Assembly: GCA_964412965.1 (NCBI GenBank)
Contig: CAYPQU010000002.1
Coordinates: 26,004-90,003, forward strand
Reading direction: 5' to 3'
Length of the DNA stretch: 64,000 nucleotides
Source of the DNA: an uncultured Candidatus Saccharibacteria bacterium
GTDB lineage: Bacteria > Patescibacteriota > Minisyncoccia > Phycocordibacterales > UBA9973
Every line of letters begins with the position of its first letter. Position 1 is the stretch's first letter. The notes beneath the pieces were generated by a model, which saw only the letters and a list, made by a program, of their open reading frames with translations, did not search any database and was not told where the DNA came from. Position numbers and translations under genes: made by a program. Of the stretch, positions 9,627-19,677 are shown in pieces.

Positions 9627-11534
9627 ATGAGTAAAATAATTGGAATAGATTTGGGTACTACTAACAGTGCTGTAGCAATTATTGAAGGAGGTCAGCCAAA
9701 AATTGTTGAGAACATAGAAGGAGCTCGAACAACTCCGTCTGTTGTGGCTGTTGCTAAAAACGGAGACAGGATGGTGGGTCTTTTAGCCAAGAGACAAGCT
9801 GTGACGAATCCTGAGAATACTGTATATGGAATAAAAAGATTCGTAGGTCATTTATATGATGATGCAGAAATTCAGAAGGATGATAAAATGACTCCGTACA
9901 AAATACAAAAAGGAACAAACGGTGGTGTCGAAGTTAAGTTAGGAGAACAATGGCAGAGGCCAGAAGAAATTTCGGCAAAAATATTAGCAAAAATAAAATC
10001 AGATGTTGAATCTAAGTTAGGAGAGAAAATAACAGGTGCTGTTATCACTGTGCCAGCTTACTTCAATGATGCTCAAAGAAAAGCTACTAAAGATGCAGGG
10101 GAGATAGCTGGATTAGAAGTTCACAGAATAATTAACGAACCTACTGCCGCGGCTTTGGCTTATGGATTTAATAAAAAGAAAAATGAACAAATCGTTGTTT
10201 ACGACTTTGGAGGTGGTACTTTCGATGTTTCTGTTCTAGAGGTAGGAGATGATGTTATAGAAGTAAAATCTACAGATGGAAATTCACACTTAGGAGGAGA
10301 AGATATAGACCAAAGAATAATCGAATGGATAGCAAACGAATACAAGAAGGAAACAGGTATAGATGTTACTAGTGACATGTTGGCGCTTCAAAGACTAAAA
10401 GAAGCAGCTGAAAAAGCTAAGCACGAACTTTCTACAACTCTAGAATCAGAAATTAATATTCCGTTTATAACGTCAGATGCTAGTGGACCTAAACACTTGT
10501 TGATGAAAATGACCAGAGCTACATTAGAATCATTGGCACAAGAATTTATTGATCAATCAATTGAAATAACAAAAAGAGCTATCGCAGCTTCTCCGTTTAA
10601 GATTGAGGATATAGATGAGGTGATACTTGTAGGAGGACAAACAAGAATGCCAGCAATAGTAGAGGCTGTTAAAAAATTGTTCGGCAAAGAACCAAACAGA
10701 TCAATCAATCCAGACGAAGTGGTTGCTATGGGTGCTGCTGTCCAAGCTGGTGTATTACAAGGAGATGTGAGAGACGTTCTATTACTAGATGTAATTCCAC
10801 TATCTCTAGGAATTGAAACACTGGGTGGAGTTTCAACGAAACTAGTAGAAAGAAATACTACTATTCCTAGCTCTAAATCTCAAATATTCTCTACCGCAGC
10901 AGATAATCAAACCTCTGTAGAAATTCATATAGTTCAAGGAGAAAGACCAATGGCTACGGATAATAAATCTCTTGGAAGATTTATTCTAGACGGTATTCCT
11001 CCTGCTCCTCGAGGTGTTCCACAGATTGAAGTTTCTTTTGATGTAGATGCTAATGGTATATTAAATGTGAAAGCAAAAGATAAAGCTTCAGGAAAAGAAC
11101 AATCAATAAGGATAGAAGCTAGTTCTGGTTTGTCAGATGAAGATATCAAGAAGATGAAAGATGAAGCTGAAGCTCACGCAGAAGAAGACAAAAAGAAGAA
11201 AGAATTAGCCGATGAGAAAAATTCTGCAGATATGATGATATTTACAGCAGAAAAATCTCTAAAGGAGTACGGTGATAAGGTTGGCCCAGAAATAAAAACA
11301 GCTATTGAAGAAAAGATAGCTAAAGTTAAAACGGCAAAAGAAGGACAAGATGTAGCTGTAATAAAATCGGCCATCGAAGAACTAACTTCGGAAATGTCTA
11401 AAATAGGAGAAGCAATGAATAAAGCTTCCGCAGAAAATACTGAAAACAAAACTGAGGAAAACAAGACAGATGATAATATCAAGGATGCAGAAGTAAAAGA
11501 AGAAGAAAATCAGAATAAAGAAGATAAAAAATAA
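9627..11534 (+). CDS. dnaK: Chaperone DnaK
   Basis: [27 protein letters not shown]. Confidence 0.99.
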   Translation: MSKIIGIDLGTTNSAVAIIEGGQPKIVENIEGARTTPSVVAVAKNGDRMVGLLAKRQAVTNPENTVYGIKRFVGHLYDDAEIQKDDKMTPYKIQKGTNGGVEVKLGEQWQRPEEISAKILAKIKSDVESKLGEKITGAVITVPAYFNDAQRKATKDAGEIAGLEVHRIINEPTAAALAYGFNKKKNEQIVVYDFGGGTFDVSVLEVGDDVIEVKSTDGNSHLGGEDIDQRIIEWIANEYKKETGIDVTSDMLALQRLKEAAEKAKHELSTTLESEINIPFITSDASGPKHLLMKMTRATLESLAQEFIDQSIEITKRAIAASPFKIEDIDEVILVGGQTRMPAIVEAVKKLFGKEPNRSINPDEVVAMGAAVQAGVLQGDVRDVLLLDVIPLSLGIETLGGVSTKLVERNTTIPSSKSQIFSTAADNQTSVEIHIVQGERPMATDNKSLGRFILDGIPPAPRGVPQIEVSFDVDANGILNVKAKDKASGKEQSIRIEASSGLSDEDIKKMKDEAEAHAEEDKKKKELADEKNSADMMIFTAEKSLKEYGDKVGPEIKTAIEEKIAKVKTAKEGQDVAVIKSAIEELTSEMSKIGEAMNKASAENTENKTEENKTDDNIKDAEVKEEENQNKEDKK

Positions 11535-11536
11535 AA

Positions 11537-12616
11537 ATGGCAAAAGATTATTACGAAACATTAGGAATAGATAAAAAAGCCACAAAAGATGAGATCAAAA
11601 AAGCTTTTCATAAACTAGCCATGAAGCATCATCCTGATAAAAACGGAGGTGATGATAAAAAATTTAAAGAAATAAACGAAGCATACCAAGTTTTGTCAGA
11701 TGAGAAGAGGAGGGCTATGTATGACCAGTTCGGTTCTACTGGCCCTAATATGGGAGGAGGTGCTTATGGTGGGCAAGGTTTTGGAGGGTTTGATTTCTCT
11801 GGATTTCAAAATGCTCAAGGCTTCGACATGGGAGACTTGGGAGATATTTTTGGAGAATTTTTTGGTGGTGGAATGGGTGGTAAAAGATCAAGAAGAAAAG
11901 GTCAAGATATCGAATTAGCATTAGACCTATCTTTTGAAGAATCAATTTTTGGAGTTTCAAAAACTATAACAATAGAAAAACAATCCAGGTGTGATACCTG
12001 TAATGGAACTGGGGCCAAAACAGGAAGCAAGATGAATACCTGTAAAACTTGTGGTGGTAAGGGGCAAATTAAAGAAATCAAGAGATCTATTCTGGGTTCT
12101 TTTACAACAACTAGAGTATGTGAAAAATGTTTTGGAAATGGGCAAATACCAGACGAAAAATGTGGACGCTGTCGGGGAGATGGAGTTGTTAATAGAAAAG
12201 AAGATATCAAAATCGATATTCCTCCAGGAGTAGAAAATGGCCAGATATTAAAAATGTCTCAGGGGGGAGAATATATTCAAAATGGGATTCCTGGAGATTT
12301 GTTTTTGAGATTAAGAATCAAGAAGCATGATTTGTTTAGAAAAGACGGAGATAACCTCATTATGAATTTAAAAATAAAATTGACAGATTCATTGCTCGGT
12401 ACCACTCACAAATTCAAAAGCTTAGATGGAAAAGATTTGGAAATCAAAATACCCGAGGGGATTAAGCACAATGAACTGCTAAGAGTTAGGGGCAAGGGCG
12501 TTCCATCTGTTTTAGGCAGAGGAGACTTGATAGTTCGAGTGGAAATAAATACTCCTACCAAATTATCTAGAAAAGAAAGAGAACTTGTCGAAAAACTAAA
12601 AGAAGAAGGATTGTAA
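11537..12616 (+). CDS. dnaJ: Chaperone DnaJ
   Basis: J-domain HPD, G/F region, four CxxCxGxG repeats. Confidence 0.99.
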   Translation: MAKDYYETLGIDKKATKDEIKKAFHKLAMKHHPDKNGGDDKKFKEINEAYQVLSDEKRRAMYDQFGSTGPNMGGGAYGGQGFGGFDFSGFQNAQGFDMGDLGDIFGEFFGGGMGGKRSRRKGQDIELALDLSFEESIFGVSKTITIEKQSRCDTCNGTGAKTGSKMNTCKTCGGKGQIKEIKRSILGSFTTTRVCEKCFGNGQIPDEKCGRCRGDGVVNRKEDIKIDIPPGVENGQILKMSQGGEYIQNGIPGDLFLRLRIKKHDLFRKDGDNLIMNLKIKLTDSLLGTTHKFKSLDGKDLEIKIPEGIKHNELLRVRGKGVPSVLGRGDLIVRVEINTPTKLSRKERELVEKLKEEGL

Positions 12617-12658
12617 TAAATAAATCACCTTGCAAAATACAAGGTGATTTATTTATTA
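12614..12658 (+). terminator. Terminator hairpin after dnaJ
   Basis: 19 bp perfect inverted repeat taataaataaatcaccttg/caaggtgatttatttatta. Confidence 0.75.
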
Positions 12659-12681
12659 TTAGGAAATGATATAATAAAGAT

Positions 12682-13527
12682 ATGATTTTTAATCTGTTGA
12701 AAAACAAGAAACAAGAAGGGTATACTCTAGTAGAAATTTTAGTGGTTATAGCTATTATAGGTATCTTATCCTCTGTGACCTTTGTCGCATTTAGCAGTGC
12801 TCGAGAGAAATCTAGAATGAGTACTGCTAAAATGTTTGAAGCTAACCATGTTGGAGTGTTGAGAAACTATCTAGTAGCGGAATGGAAATTCGAGGATCCA
12901 GTTAATAGGTATATAGATAGTTCAGGGAATGGGCACAATGGATCTTGCTCTGGATCAAGTTGTCCAACAGTTGCTACCGGAGAAGGTTTTAACGGTAAAG
13001 ATGCTATGATGTTTGACGGAATAAATGATGCTATCAACGCAGATTCCGGTACTCTATATTTTCCTTTAAATGTTTTTACTATGTGTGCTTGGGTTAAATC
13101 TTCAGGTCTAGGGGCTGGAATGGTACGGGCTGGTATTTTTGGAATTACTTACGGATTAACCATGTTTTTAACTGGAACTAGTTTTGTTTCTTACATAGAT
13201 GACGGGGTAAGTATCGTTGGAAGATCATTTTCTGTTAATCTATTAGATAACAAATTTCATCATTTATGCGTCAATTATGATGGAATAAAAAGAAATCTAT
13301 TTGTTGACGGAGACGTAAAAGGTAGTTTTACTACTACTTGGAGTGGTACTAGTAAATGGCCAACTCACACATCAAGAATAGGAGTAGAGCTTAATAACCC
13401 CGCCGTCTCTTATTTTAAAGGATTGATAGACGACATTAGGGTTTATTCTTCATATTTAACTGCTTCAGAAATTCAAAAACTATACGCCGAAGAATTATCA
13501 CAGAGAAAACTAGCTGAGGCTAATTAA
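12682..13527 (+). CDS. Type IV pilin-like protein with C-terminal LamG/concanavalin-like domain
   Basis: Prepilin site EG|YTLVEILVVIAII; LVAEWKFE, FDG, FKGLIDDIRVY. Confidence 0.9.
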   Translation: MIFNLLKNKKQEGYTLVEILVVIAIIGILSSVTFVAFSSAREKSRMSTAKMFEANHVGVLRNYLVAEWKFEDPVNRYIDSSGNGHNGSCSGSSCPTVATGEGFNGKDAMMFDGINDAINADSGTLYFPLNVFTMCAWVKSSGLGAGMVRAGIFGITYGLTMFLTGTSFVSYIDDGVSIVGRSFSVNLLDNKFHHLCVNYDGIKRNLFVDGDVKGSFTTTWSGTSKWPTHTSRIGVELNNPAVSYFKGLIDDIRVYSSYLTASEIQKLYAEELSQRKLAEAN

Positions 13528-13562
13528 CCTAGATAATATTACAACACTCATTTTTCATTCCA

Positions 13563-13577
13563 CTAGGTCGGACCTAG
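13563..13577. repeat. Short REP-like palindrome CTAGGTC-G-GACCTAG
   Basis: Perfect 7 bp arms with a 1 nt centre; same GTCsGAC core as the RAYT-linked palindromes. Confidence 0.45.
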
Positions 13578-13588
13578 GGGGATTTAAA

Positions 13589-14968
13589 TTATATTTTAGT
13601 TATTTTATAGCCATCACCGGTGTCTTTTATTTCATAACCTAAATCTTTTATTTTATTCCTTAGCTCATCACTTTTTATCCAGTCTTTATTATCTCGAGCT
13701 AGCTTTCTTTCTTCTGCCATTTTGATTATTTCTTCAGGTGTTTCTTCTTGTTCTATTTTGTCTAAACCAAAACCAAAAACTCTATCGAAATCTAAAATAG
13801 TTGCTAGTTTGTCTTCATTGCTTACTCGTTTATCTTTTACTAAATCCCATAGAATAGACAAGGCTTTTGGACTTTCTAAATTATTATCCATAGCTTCAAT
13901 AAATTTATTTTTATATTCTTCGTTTATTTTTCCTTTTATATTACCTAAAGAAACAATAAAATCTCTCAGTCTAATGAGTGCGGTTTGGGTGCTGTGAACT
14001 GCTTCTTTGGTAAAATTAACTCGAGTAGTATAGCTAGAACTATATAACCACATTCTAAAGGCAACAGGATCAATTCCCATTTTTATCAAATCTTCTAAAA
14101 TATAAAAATTACCTAAAGATTTACTCATTTTTTGACCATCAACAAGTAAATGTTCGTTGTGAATAAAGTATTTAGCAAAGTCTCCACCTAGAGAACACTT
14201 AGATTGAGCAATTTCGTTTTCGTGATGGGGAAAGATCAGATCTACACCCCCTGTATGAATATCAAAAGTTTCTCCTAAATTTTTTACGCTCATAGCAGAA
14301 CACTCTATGTGCCACCCAGGACGACCCTTTTCTATTTCACTTGATTTACCCAAAATTTCTTCAGGATTCCAAAAAACATCACCGTCTTCTTCGCTCCATT
14401 TTTTCCAGAGAGCAAAATCTTCGGCATTTTCTTTGTCATACTCATCTTTACTTAGACGATTATCTGCATTCTCTTTTAAGTCAGATATTTTAAAGTTGGA
14501 AAGCTTACCGTAGTCATTAAATTTTCTAATATCAAAATAAATAGAACCGTCCTTTGCTTTATACGCAAAACCTTTTACTAAGAGCTCTTCTATGATTAAA
14601 AGCATTTCCTTAATATAGTCAGTGGCTTTAGTGTATTTTGTGGTAGGTAATATGTTTAATAAATCTCTTTCGCTAAAAAATAGGGAAGTGTAATATTCCG
14701 TGAAATCTTTTAGGGATAGCCCTTTTGATTGAGAGGTTTTTATAGTTTTATCATCTACATCAGTAATGTTCATTATGTGTTTAACCTTAAAACCTTTGTA
14801 TTCTAAATATCTTCTTAGAAGATCAGAGAAAACAAAAGCCCTCCAATTGCCAATGTGAATTTTGTTATATACAGTAGGTCCACAAGAATAGATACCAACC
14901 TCATCGTTTTTTAGTGGTACGAATTCTTCTTTATGTCTTTTAAGTGTATTAAATAAAACTAAGCTCAT
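13589..14968 (-). CDS. cysS: Cysteinyl-tRNA synthetase
   Basis: YSCGPTVY, HIGN, GRPGWHIECSAM, KMSKS. Confidence 0.98.
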   Translation of the reverse strand: MSLVLFNTLKRHKEEFVPLKNDEVGIYSCGPTVYNKIHIGNWRAFVFSDLLRRYLEYKGFKVKHIMNITDVDDKTIKTSQSKGLSLKDFTEYYTSLFFSERDLLNILPTTKYTKATDYIKEMLLIIEELLVKGFAYKAKDGSIYFDIRKFNDYGKLSNFKISDLKENADNRLSKDEYDKENAEDFALWKKWSEEDGDVFWNPEEILGKSSEIEKGRPGWHIECSAMSVKNLGETFDIHTGGVDLIFPHHENEIAQSKCSLGGDFAKYFIHNEHLLVDGQKMSKSLGNFYILEDLIKMGIDPVAFRMWLYSSSYTTRVNFTKEAVHSTQTALIRLRDFIVSLGNIKGKINEEYKNKFIEAMDNNLESPKALSILWDLVKDKRVSNEDKLATILDFDRVFGFGLDKIEQEETPEEIIKMAEERKLARDNKDWIKSDELRNKIKDLGYEIKDTGDGYKITKI

Positions 14969-15495
14969 AATATGATTGTTAAAATTAGTAAAATTAATAA
15001 AATCAAATTTAATATAAATAATATCTTGTATTTTTTTTCTAAACTTAAATTTTTTCTTTTAAGAAAACTATTGTTTATGTCTTTTAATAAAATCTTATCG
15101 TGCATTTCGGTCAACATCTTTCTTACAAGATTAGCAAAAAGTAATTCTTGATTATTGATTTTTGATTCAGATTCTATCACCGTGTCTAATTCTAGTTCGC
15201 TAGAAAATTGTTCTATAGAACTGAGAGGTTGATCATGTATTGTTATGACAAAATTTTGGTTTTTAATAAAGACCATTTTTGACGAACTTTCCGTTGGCTC
15301 TCTTTGTGAAAATTTAATAATACAATAGAGCGTATCATTCTCAATGAAGGTGTTGTGATCTTTAGAAGGACTGTGTATCTCTTGTTTTATATCTTCAGGT
15401 ATCTTGTATTCATCTAAAATATAAACAACCTCTTCTTCTTGAGGCGAGGTTAAATCTATCCAAACGATCCCTTTATTTTTATACTTAGATATCAC
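14965..15495 (-). CDS. CorA N-terminal-like protein with one C-terminal TM helix (no GMN motif)
   Basis: VWIDLTSP, FVITIHD; probable GTG start at 15495 (the longer ORF-track N-terminus is repeat DNA). Confidence 0.6.
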   Translation of the reverse strand: MISKYKNKGIVWIDLTSPQEEEVVYILDEYKIPEDIKQEIHSPSKDHNTFIENDTLYCIIKFSQREPTESSSKMVFIKNQNFVITIHDQPLSSIEQFSSELELDTVIESESKINNQELLFANLVRKMLTEMHDKILLKDINNSFLKRKNLSLEKKYKILFILNLILLILLILTIIL

Positions 15496-15503
15496 AAAGT
15501 TAT

Positions 15504-15735
15504 TATAACAACAAGAGAGGAGCTTAAGCAAATGAATACTAATTCGTTTGCTTAGTGTCCGAACGCTGTTGTTATATAGTACTCTATATAACAACAAGAG
15601 AGGAGCTTAAGCAAATGAATACTAATTCGTTTGCTTAGTGTCCGAACGCTGTTGTTATATAGTACTCTATATAACAACAAGAGAGGAGCTTAAGCAAATG
15701 AATACTAATTCGTTCGCTTAGTGTCCGAATGCTGT
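15504..15735. repeat. 83 bp tandem repeat, about 2.8 copies, each a nested hairpin
   Basis: Units start 15504, 15587, 15670; outer IR tataacaaca/tgttgttata, inner IR taagcaaatgaat/attcgtttgctta. Confidence 0.95.
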
Positions 15736-15830
15736 ATTTGCCTCCAGTATTGCCTAAAAACTTGCTTTTTCTAGCCTTTTTGTGTATTATAAGTTTTACC
15801 TAGGTTTTAGACCCCTGGGGAGTTAAATTT

Positions 15831-16190
15831 ATGGCGCAATCAACTAAAACAAAAAAAACCGAGATAGAAAGCAAAGAATTTGCTGTTATTTTTACTGGAG
15901 GAAAGCAATATAAAGTTTCGGTGGGTGATATTATAAAAATAGAAAAATTAGAAGGAGAATTTAAGACCGGAGATAAAATAATTTTTGATAAAATTCTATT
16001 GGTGGATAATGGTAAAGATACCACAATCGGCACACCTTACATTGATGGAGCAAAAGTAGAATCACTATTCCAAAAATCAGGAAAAGGTAAAACTGTTAAA
16101 GTTGTAAAGTATAAACAAAAGAGTCGTTATTTAAAGAAAAATGGACACAGACAACCTTTTGTAGAAGTTAAAATTTCATCAATCAAATAA
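15831..16190 (+). CDS. rplU: 50S ribosomal protein L21
   Basis: FAVIFTGGKQYKV, GHRQPF. Confidence 0.97.
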   Translation: MAQSTKTKKTEIESKEFAVIFTGGKQYKVSVGDIIKIEKLEGEFKTGDKIIFDKILLVDNGKDTTIGTPYIDGAKVESLFQKSGKGKTVKVVKYKQKSRYLKKNGHRQPFVEVKISSIK

Positions 16191-16223
16191 TAAAGCCCCC
16201 CCTAATAAGCTTGGGGGGTTTTA

Positions 16224-16841
16224 TTATTGTCTATTTTTTAGGGCATTCTTGATAGTTTCGCTATCTGAGTATTCCAGCTCAGTTCCCGTTGATAATCCAC
16301 GGCCAAGCGAAACTATTTTTATATTATATTTATTAATCAAGGCAGATAGTTTTTCTCGTAAAAACAAATCAGTATGTTCACCCTGAGGGTTAATCGACAA
16401 AGCCAAGATTATTTCTTTTAGAAATCCTTGTTTTGCCCTTTCTTCTACTATGTTCAACAATTCTTTAACTCTCAAAAAACTTAAAACCTCTTTGTTAATT
16501 ATAGGGGCTAAACCACCCAGTATAAAATAGTAGCCGTTGTAAACTTTACTTCTTTTAATGTTTTCGTAATCAGAATCTTTTTCTATAATCAGAAGACAAC
16601 TTTTGTCTGTTTTGGGATTTTTACAATTTTCACACAAATCTGGTTTTTGTGATTGAAAAAATAAAAAACACGAAGGGCATTGATGAATATTATTTTTTAA
16701 ATTCAAAATATTTTTACCCAACTCAGAGACGTATGAGGAATTTTTGTGTAAAAGAAAATATACAAAACGCTTGGCTTGTCGTTCTCCTATGCCAGGAAAT
16801 TCTTTAAAGTATTGTGATAATTTTTCTATTGAATCTTCCAT
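16224..16841 (-). CDS. recR: Recombination protein RecR
   Basis: FPGIGERQAKR, C4 zinc finger, Toprim domain, GTELEYSD. Confidence 0.96.
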   Translation of the reverse strand: MEDSIEKLSQYFKEFPGIGERQAKRFVYFLLHKNSSYVSELGKNILNLKNNIHQCPSCFLFFQSQKPDLCENCKNPKTDKSCLLIIEKDSDYENIKRSKVYNGYYFILGGLAPIINKEVLSFLRVKELLNIVEERAKQGFLKEIILALSINPQGEHTDLFLREKLSALINKYNIKIVSLGRGLSTGTELEYSDSETIKNALKNRQ

Positions 16842-16959
16842 CCCGTTAGAAGCAGGTCTCGGTCGTTGTCATTTACAACAAACCAATATTTGCAAATTAA
16901 TCTAATAATGTTTAAATAATTTTATATCTCTTTATCCCGTGACCGAGGCTTCTAACGGG
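16842..16959. mobile_element. 118 bp MITE-like hairpin element, copy 1, abutting the recR start codon
   Basis: Perfect IR atcccgttagaagc/gcttctaacgggat; homologous to 63073-63187. Confidence 0.8.
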
Positions 16960-16974
16960 ATCCGTTTCAATTGT

Positions 16975-18366
16975 TTAAAAACCCTCTATTTCTGTTTCTT
17001 TTACTTGGTTGCTAATACGATCCACGCTATCAGTCCTATCTATTGAGGTGAAGGTGGAGAATTTTTCATCAAAATATAAATCAACCTTCCCAACTGGTCC
17101 ATTACGGTGTTTTTCTATTAAGATTTCTGCAATATTTGTTTTTTCACTTTCGTCTTTACCTTTATCTTCTCGGTGAATGAACATAACCACATCAGCATCT
17201 TGCTCAATAGAGCCAGAATCTCTCAAGTCTGAAAGTTTTGGCTTTCCTCCTCTCGATTCCACAGCTCGAGAAAGTTGAGATAGAGCAATTACTGGAACGT
17301 CAAATTCTTTAGCTAGAGCTTTTAGAGATCTAGAAATTTCAGTAACCTGATTAACCATATTGTCATAATTTTTAGAAGTAGACATTAATTGCAAATAGTC
17401 TACCACTATCAAATCTATGCCATGTTCAGCTTTTACTCTTCGACAAACAGACCTCATTCTAATAATAGAGTTGCCGGCCATATCATCAACAAATATTTTA
17501 GCCTTAGATAATCTATCTAAGGAGTCTCTAATTTTTGAAAATTCTGATTCGGTAGAAAGATTGCCTGTTCTTAAGTGCCAAGCATTTACTCTAGATTCTG
17601 CCGCAAGCATTCTATCCACCAATTGTTGAGTGCTCATTTCCAAAGAAAAAACAATAACGGAAGCATTATGTTTCAAAGCTGACTGTCTTGCGATATCTAA
17701 AGCTAGTGTGGTCTTACCAACCGAGGGCCTTGCTGCTAAAATTATTAAGTCAGATCTTTGTAAACCAGATAAATATCCATCCAAATCTTTAAACCCAGTT
17801 GGAATACCCCGAATTTCTCCTTTGTTCTCATGAAGCCTCTCTAATCTTTCCCAGGCTTCTGGCAGACTATCTTTCAAAGAACGAAATGTAACACTATTAC
17901 CACCAGTGTTGATGTTCATCATTTTCTTTTCTGCTTGGTCCAAAACCTCATATACATTTTCTGTATCATCATGGAATCCCAATTCAGTGATAAAATCTCC
18001 AGCCTCTATAATTTTTCTGAGAACATATTTTTTTAAAACAATATCTGCGTAATATTTAATATTAGTAGAAGCTGGAACAGAATTCGTTAGTTCACCCAGG
18101 TAACTACTTCCTCCAATGCTGTCTAAAGATTTTTTTTCTTCTAGCTTGTGAGATACTGACAACAAATCTATCGGTTCACCCTTAGCCGAAAGTTCCAACA
18201 TTGTTTTGAAAATCTGAGAATGTTTTGAAGTATAAAAAGAATCTACGGTAATAATATCTGTAACTTCATGAATGGCTCCAGGTCGAAGCATAATTGAACC
18301 CAATATAGCTTTTTCTGCTTCTATGTTTTGTGGTGGAATTCTTATTTGTGATGATTTTTGTATCAT
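16975..18366 (-). CDS. dnaB: Replicative DNA helicase
   Basis: PPQNIEAEKAILG, AARPSVGKT, VVDYLQLM, SDLRDSGSIEQDAD. Confidence 0.99.
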   Translation of the reverse strand: MIQKSSQIRIPPQNIEAEKAILGSIMLRPGAIHEVTDIITVDSFYTSKHSQIFKTMLELSAKGEPIDLLSVSHKLEEKKSLDSIGGSSYLGELTNSVPASTNIKYYADIVLKKYVLRKIIEAGDFITELGFHDDTENVYEVLDQAEKKMMNINTGGNSVTFRSLKDSLPEAWERLERLHENKGEIRGIPTGFKDLDGYLSGLQRSDLIILAARPSVGKTTLALDIARQSALKHNASVIVFSLEMSTQQLVDRMLAAESRVNAWHLRTGNLSTESEFSKIRDSLDRLSKAKIFVDDMAGNSIIRMRSVCRRVKAEHGIDLIVVDYLQLMSTSKNYDNMVNQVTEISRSLKALAKEFDVPVIALSQLSRAVESRGGKPKLSDLRDSGSIEQDADVVMFIHREDKGKDESEKTNIAEILIEKHRNGPVGKVDLYFDEKFSTFTSIDRTDSVDRISNQVKETEIEGF

Positions 18367-18472
18367 AGAAATTATTGTATCACAACAGCCTTAAACCCAA
18401 AAATCAATATTTCGGATAAAACTGTTATTAATATGTGCAAAACTTATAGATTTTTGATATTATATAGACTGT

Positions 18473-19444
18473 ATGAAAAAAAGATTACTTTCAGGAGTAA
18501 AACCTACAGGATCACCACATATTGGCAACTATTTTGGAGCTATGCGCCAATTTGTTGAACTTCAAAATAAGTACGATTCATTAGTCATGATAGCTGATTA
18601 TCATGCTCTTAACCTTATAAAGGATAGAAAAGAGATGGAGGAAAATATTATTAATATTGCTCTTGACTATCTTGCTATAGGGCTAGATCCAAAGAAAGTT
18701 ATCATCTTCAAACAATCAGATGTAAGTGCTCACACAGAACTTGCTTGGATTTTTGACACAATAACGACCATGCCCTATTTAATGAGAGCCCATGCTTACA
18801 AGGATGCAGAGGCGAAGAATAGAGAAATCAATGTTGGAACTTTTAACTATCCGATGTTGATGGCAGCAGATATTTTGCTTTACGATGCTGAAATAGTACC
18901 AGTAGGGCAAGACCAGAAGCAACACGTAGAATACTCAAGAGACACAGCACAAAAATTTAATAATATTTTTGGAGAAACTTTTAAACTACCAGAGGCTTTA
19001 ATAATGGAAGATGTTTCAATTATACCCGGTACAGATGGCCAAAAAATGAGTAAGAGTTATAAAAACACCATTCCTTTGTTTGGGACAGACGAAGAAATTA
19101 AAAAAATCGTAATGAGAATCGTAACCGACTCAAAAGAGGCCAACGAACCTAAAGACCCTGAAACTTGTAATATTTTTGCTTTGCACAAATTATTCTTAAA
19201 TGAAAAAGAAATAGTTACGCTACGCGATAGATACACAAAAGGCGAAATTAGCTACAAGGAATCCAAGGAAATGCTTTTTGATGAAATAATAAGATACTTC
19301 AAGACAATGAGAGAAAGAAGGGATCGATATCAAAAGAACATTAAGAAGGTAAAGAAAATATTAGCCAATGGTGCTAAGAGAGCGCAAAAGATAGCAGATA
19401 GAAAAATGTTCGAGATTAAAAAAATAATTGGGGTTAGTATTTAA
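18473..19444 (+). CDS. trpS: Tryptophanyl-tRNA synthetase
   Basis: PTGSPHIGNY, YPMLMAADIL, GQDQKQH, KMSKS. Confidence 0.98.
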   Translation: MKKRLLSGVKPTGSPHIGNYFGAMRQFVELQNKYDSLVMIADYHALNLIKDRKEMEENIINIALDYLAIGLDPKKVIIFKQSDVSAHTELAWIFDTITTMPYLMRAHAYKDAEAKNREINVGTFNYPMLMAADILLYDAEIVPVGQDQKQHVEYSRDTAQKFNNIFGETFKLPEALIMEDVSIIPGTDGQKMSKSYKNTIPLFGTDEEIKKIVMRIVTDSKEANEPKDPETCNIFALHKLFLNEKEIVTLRDRYTKGEISYKESKEMLFDEIIRYFKTMRERRDRYQKNIKKVKKILANGAKRAQKIADRKMFEIKKIIGVSI

Positions 19445-19446
19445 TT

Positions 19447-19665
19447 ATGAAAAAAGATTTATTATCCCTGATTCTATTTATACTAAATTTCATCAATATT
19501 CCGCTAAAAGATGGTTTTAAAAAATTAAAAAAATGGTACCTAGGGGTTGAGAAGGAAGATAAAATATTATGGATTGCTTTTGCTCCGTTTTATTGGATAG
19601 TAGAGGGTTTGGTTTACTTTATAGGTCTGATAACAGATAAGGTTGATAAAATTGTTAATAAATAA
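19447..19665 (+). CDS. Small hypothetical membrane protein
   Basis: 72 aa ORF tightly packed between trpS and aspS; hydrophobic segments. Confidence 0.6.
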   Translation: MKKDLLSLILFILNFINIPLKDGFKKLKKWYLGVEKEDKILWIAFAPFYWIVEGLVYFIGLITDKVDKIVNK

Positions 19666-19677
19666 TTTATTAAAAAA

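Noticed and set aside
15504-15735. CRISPR array
   Set aside because: Whole 83 bp units are repeated with no unique spacers; no cas1 nearby
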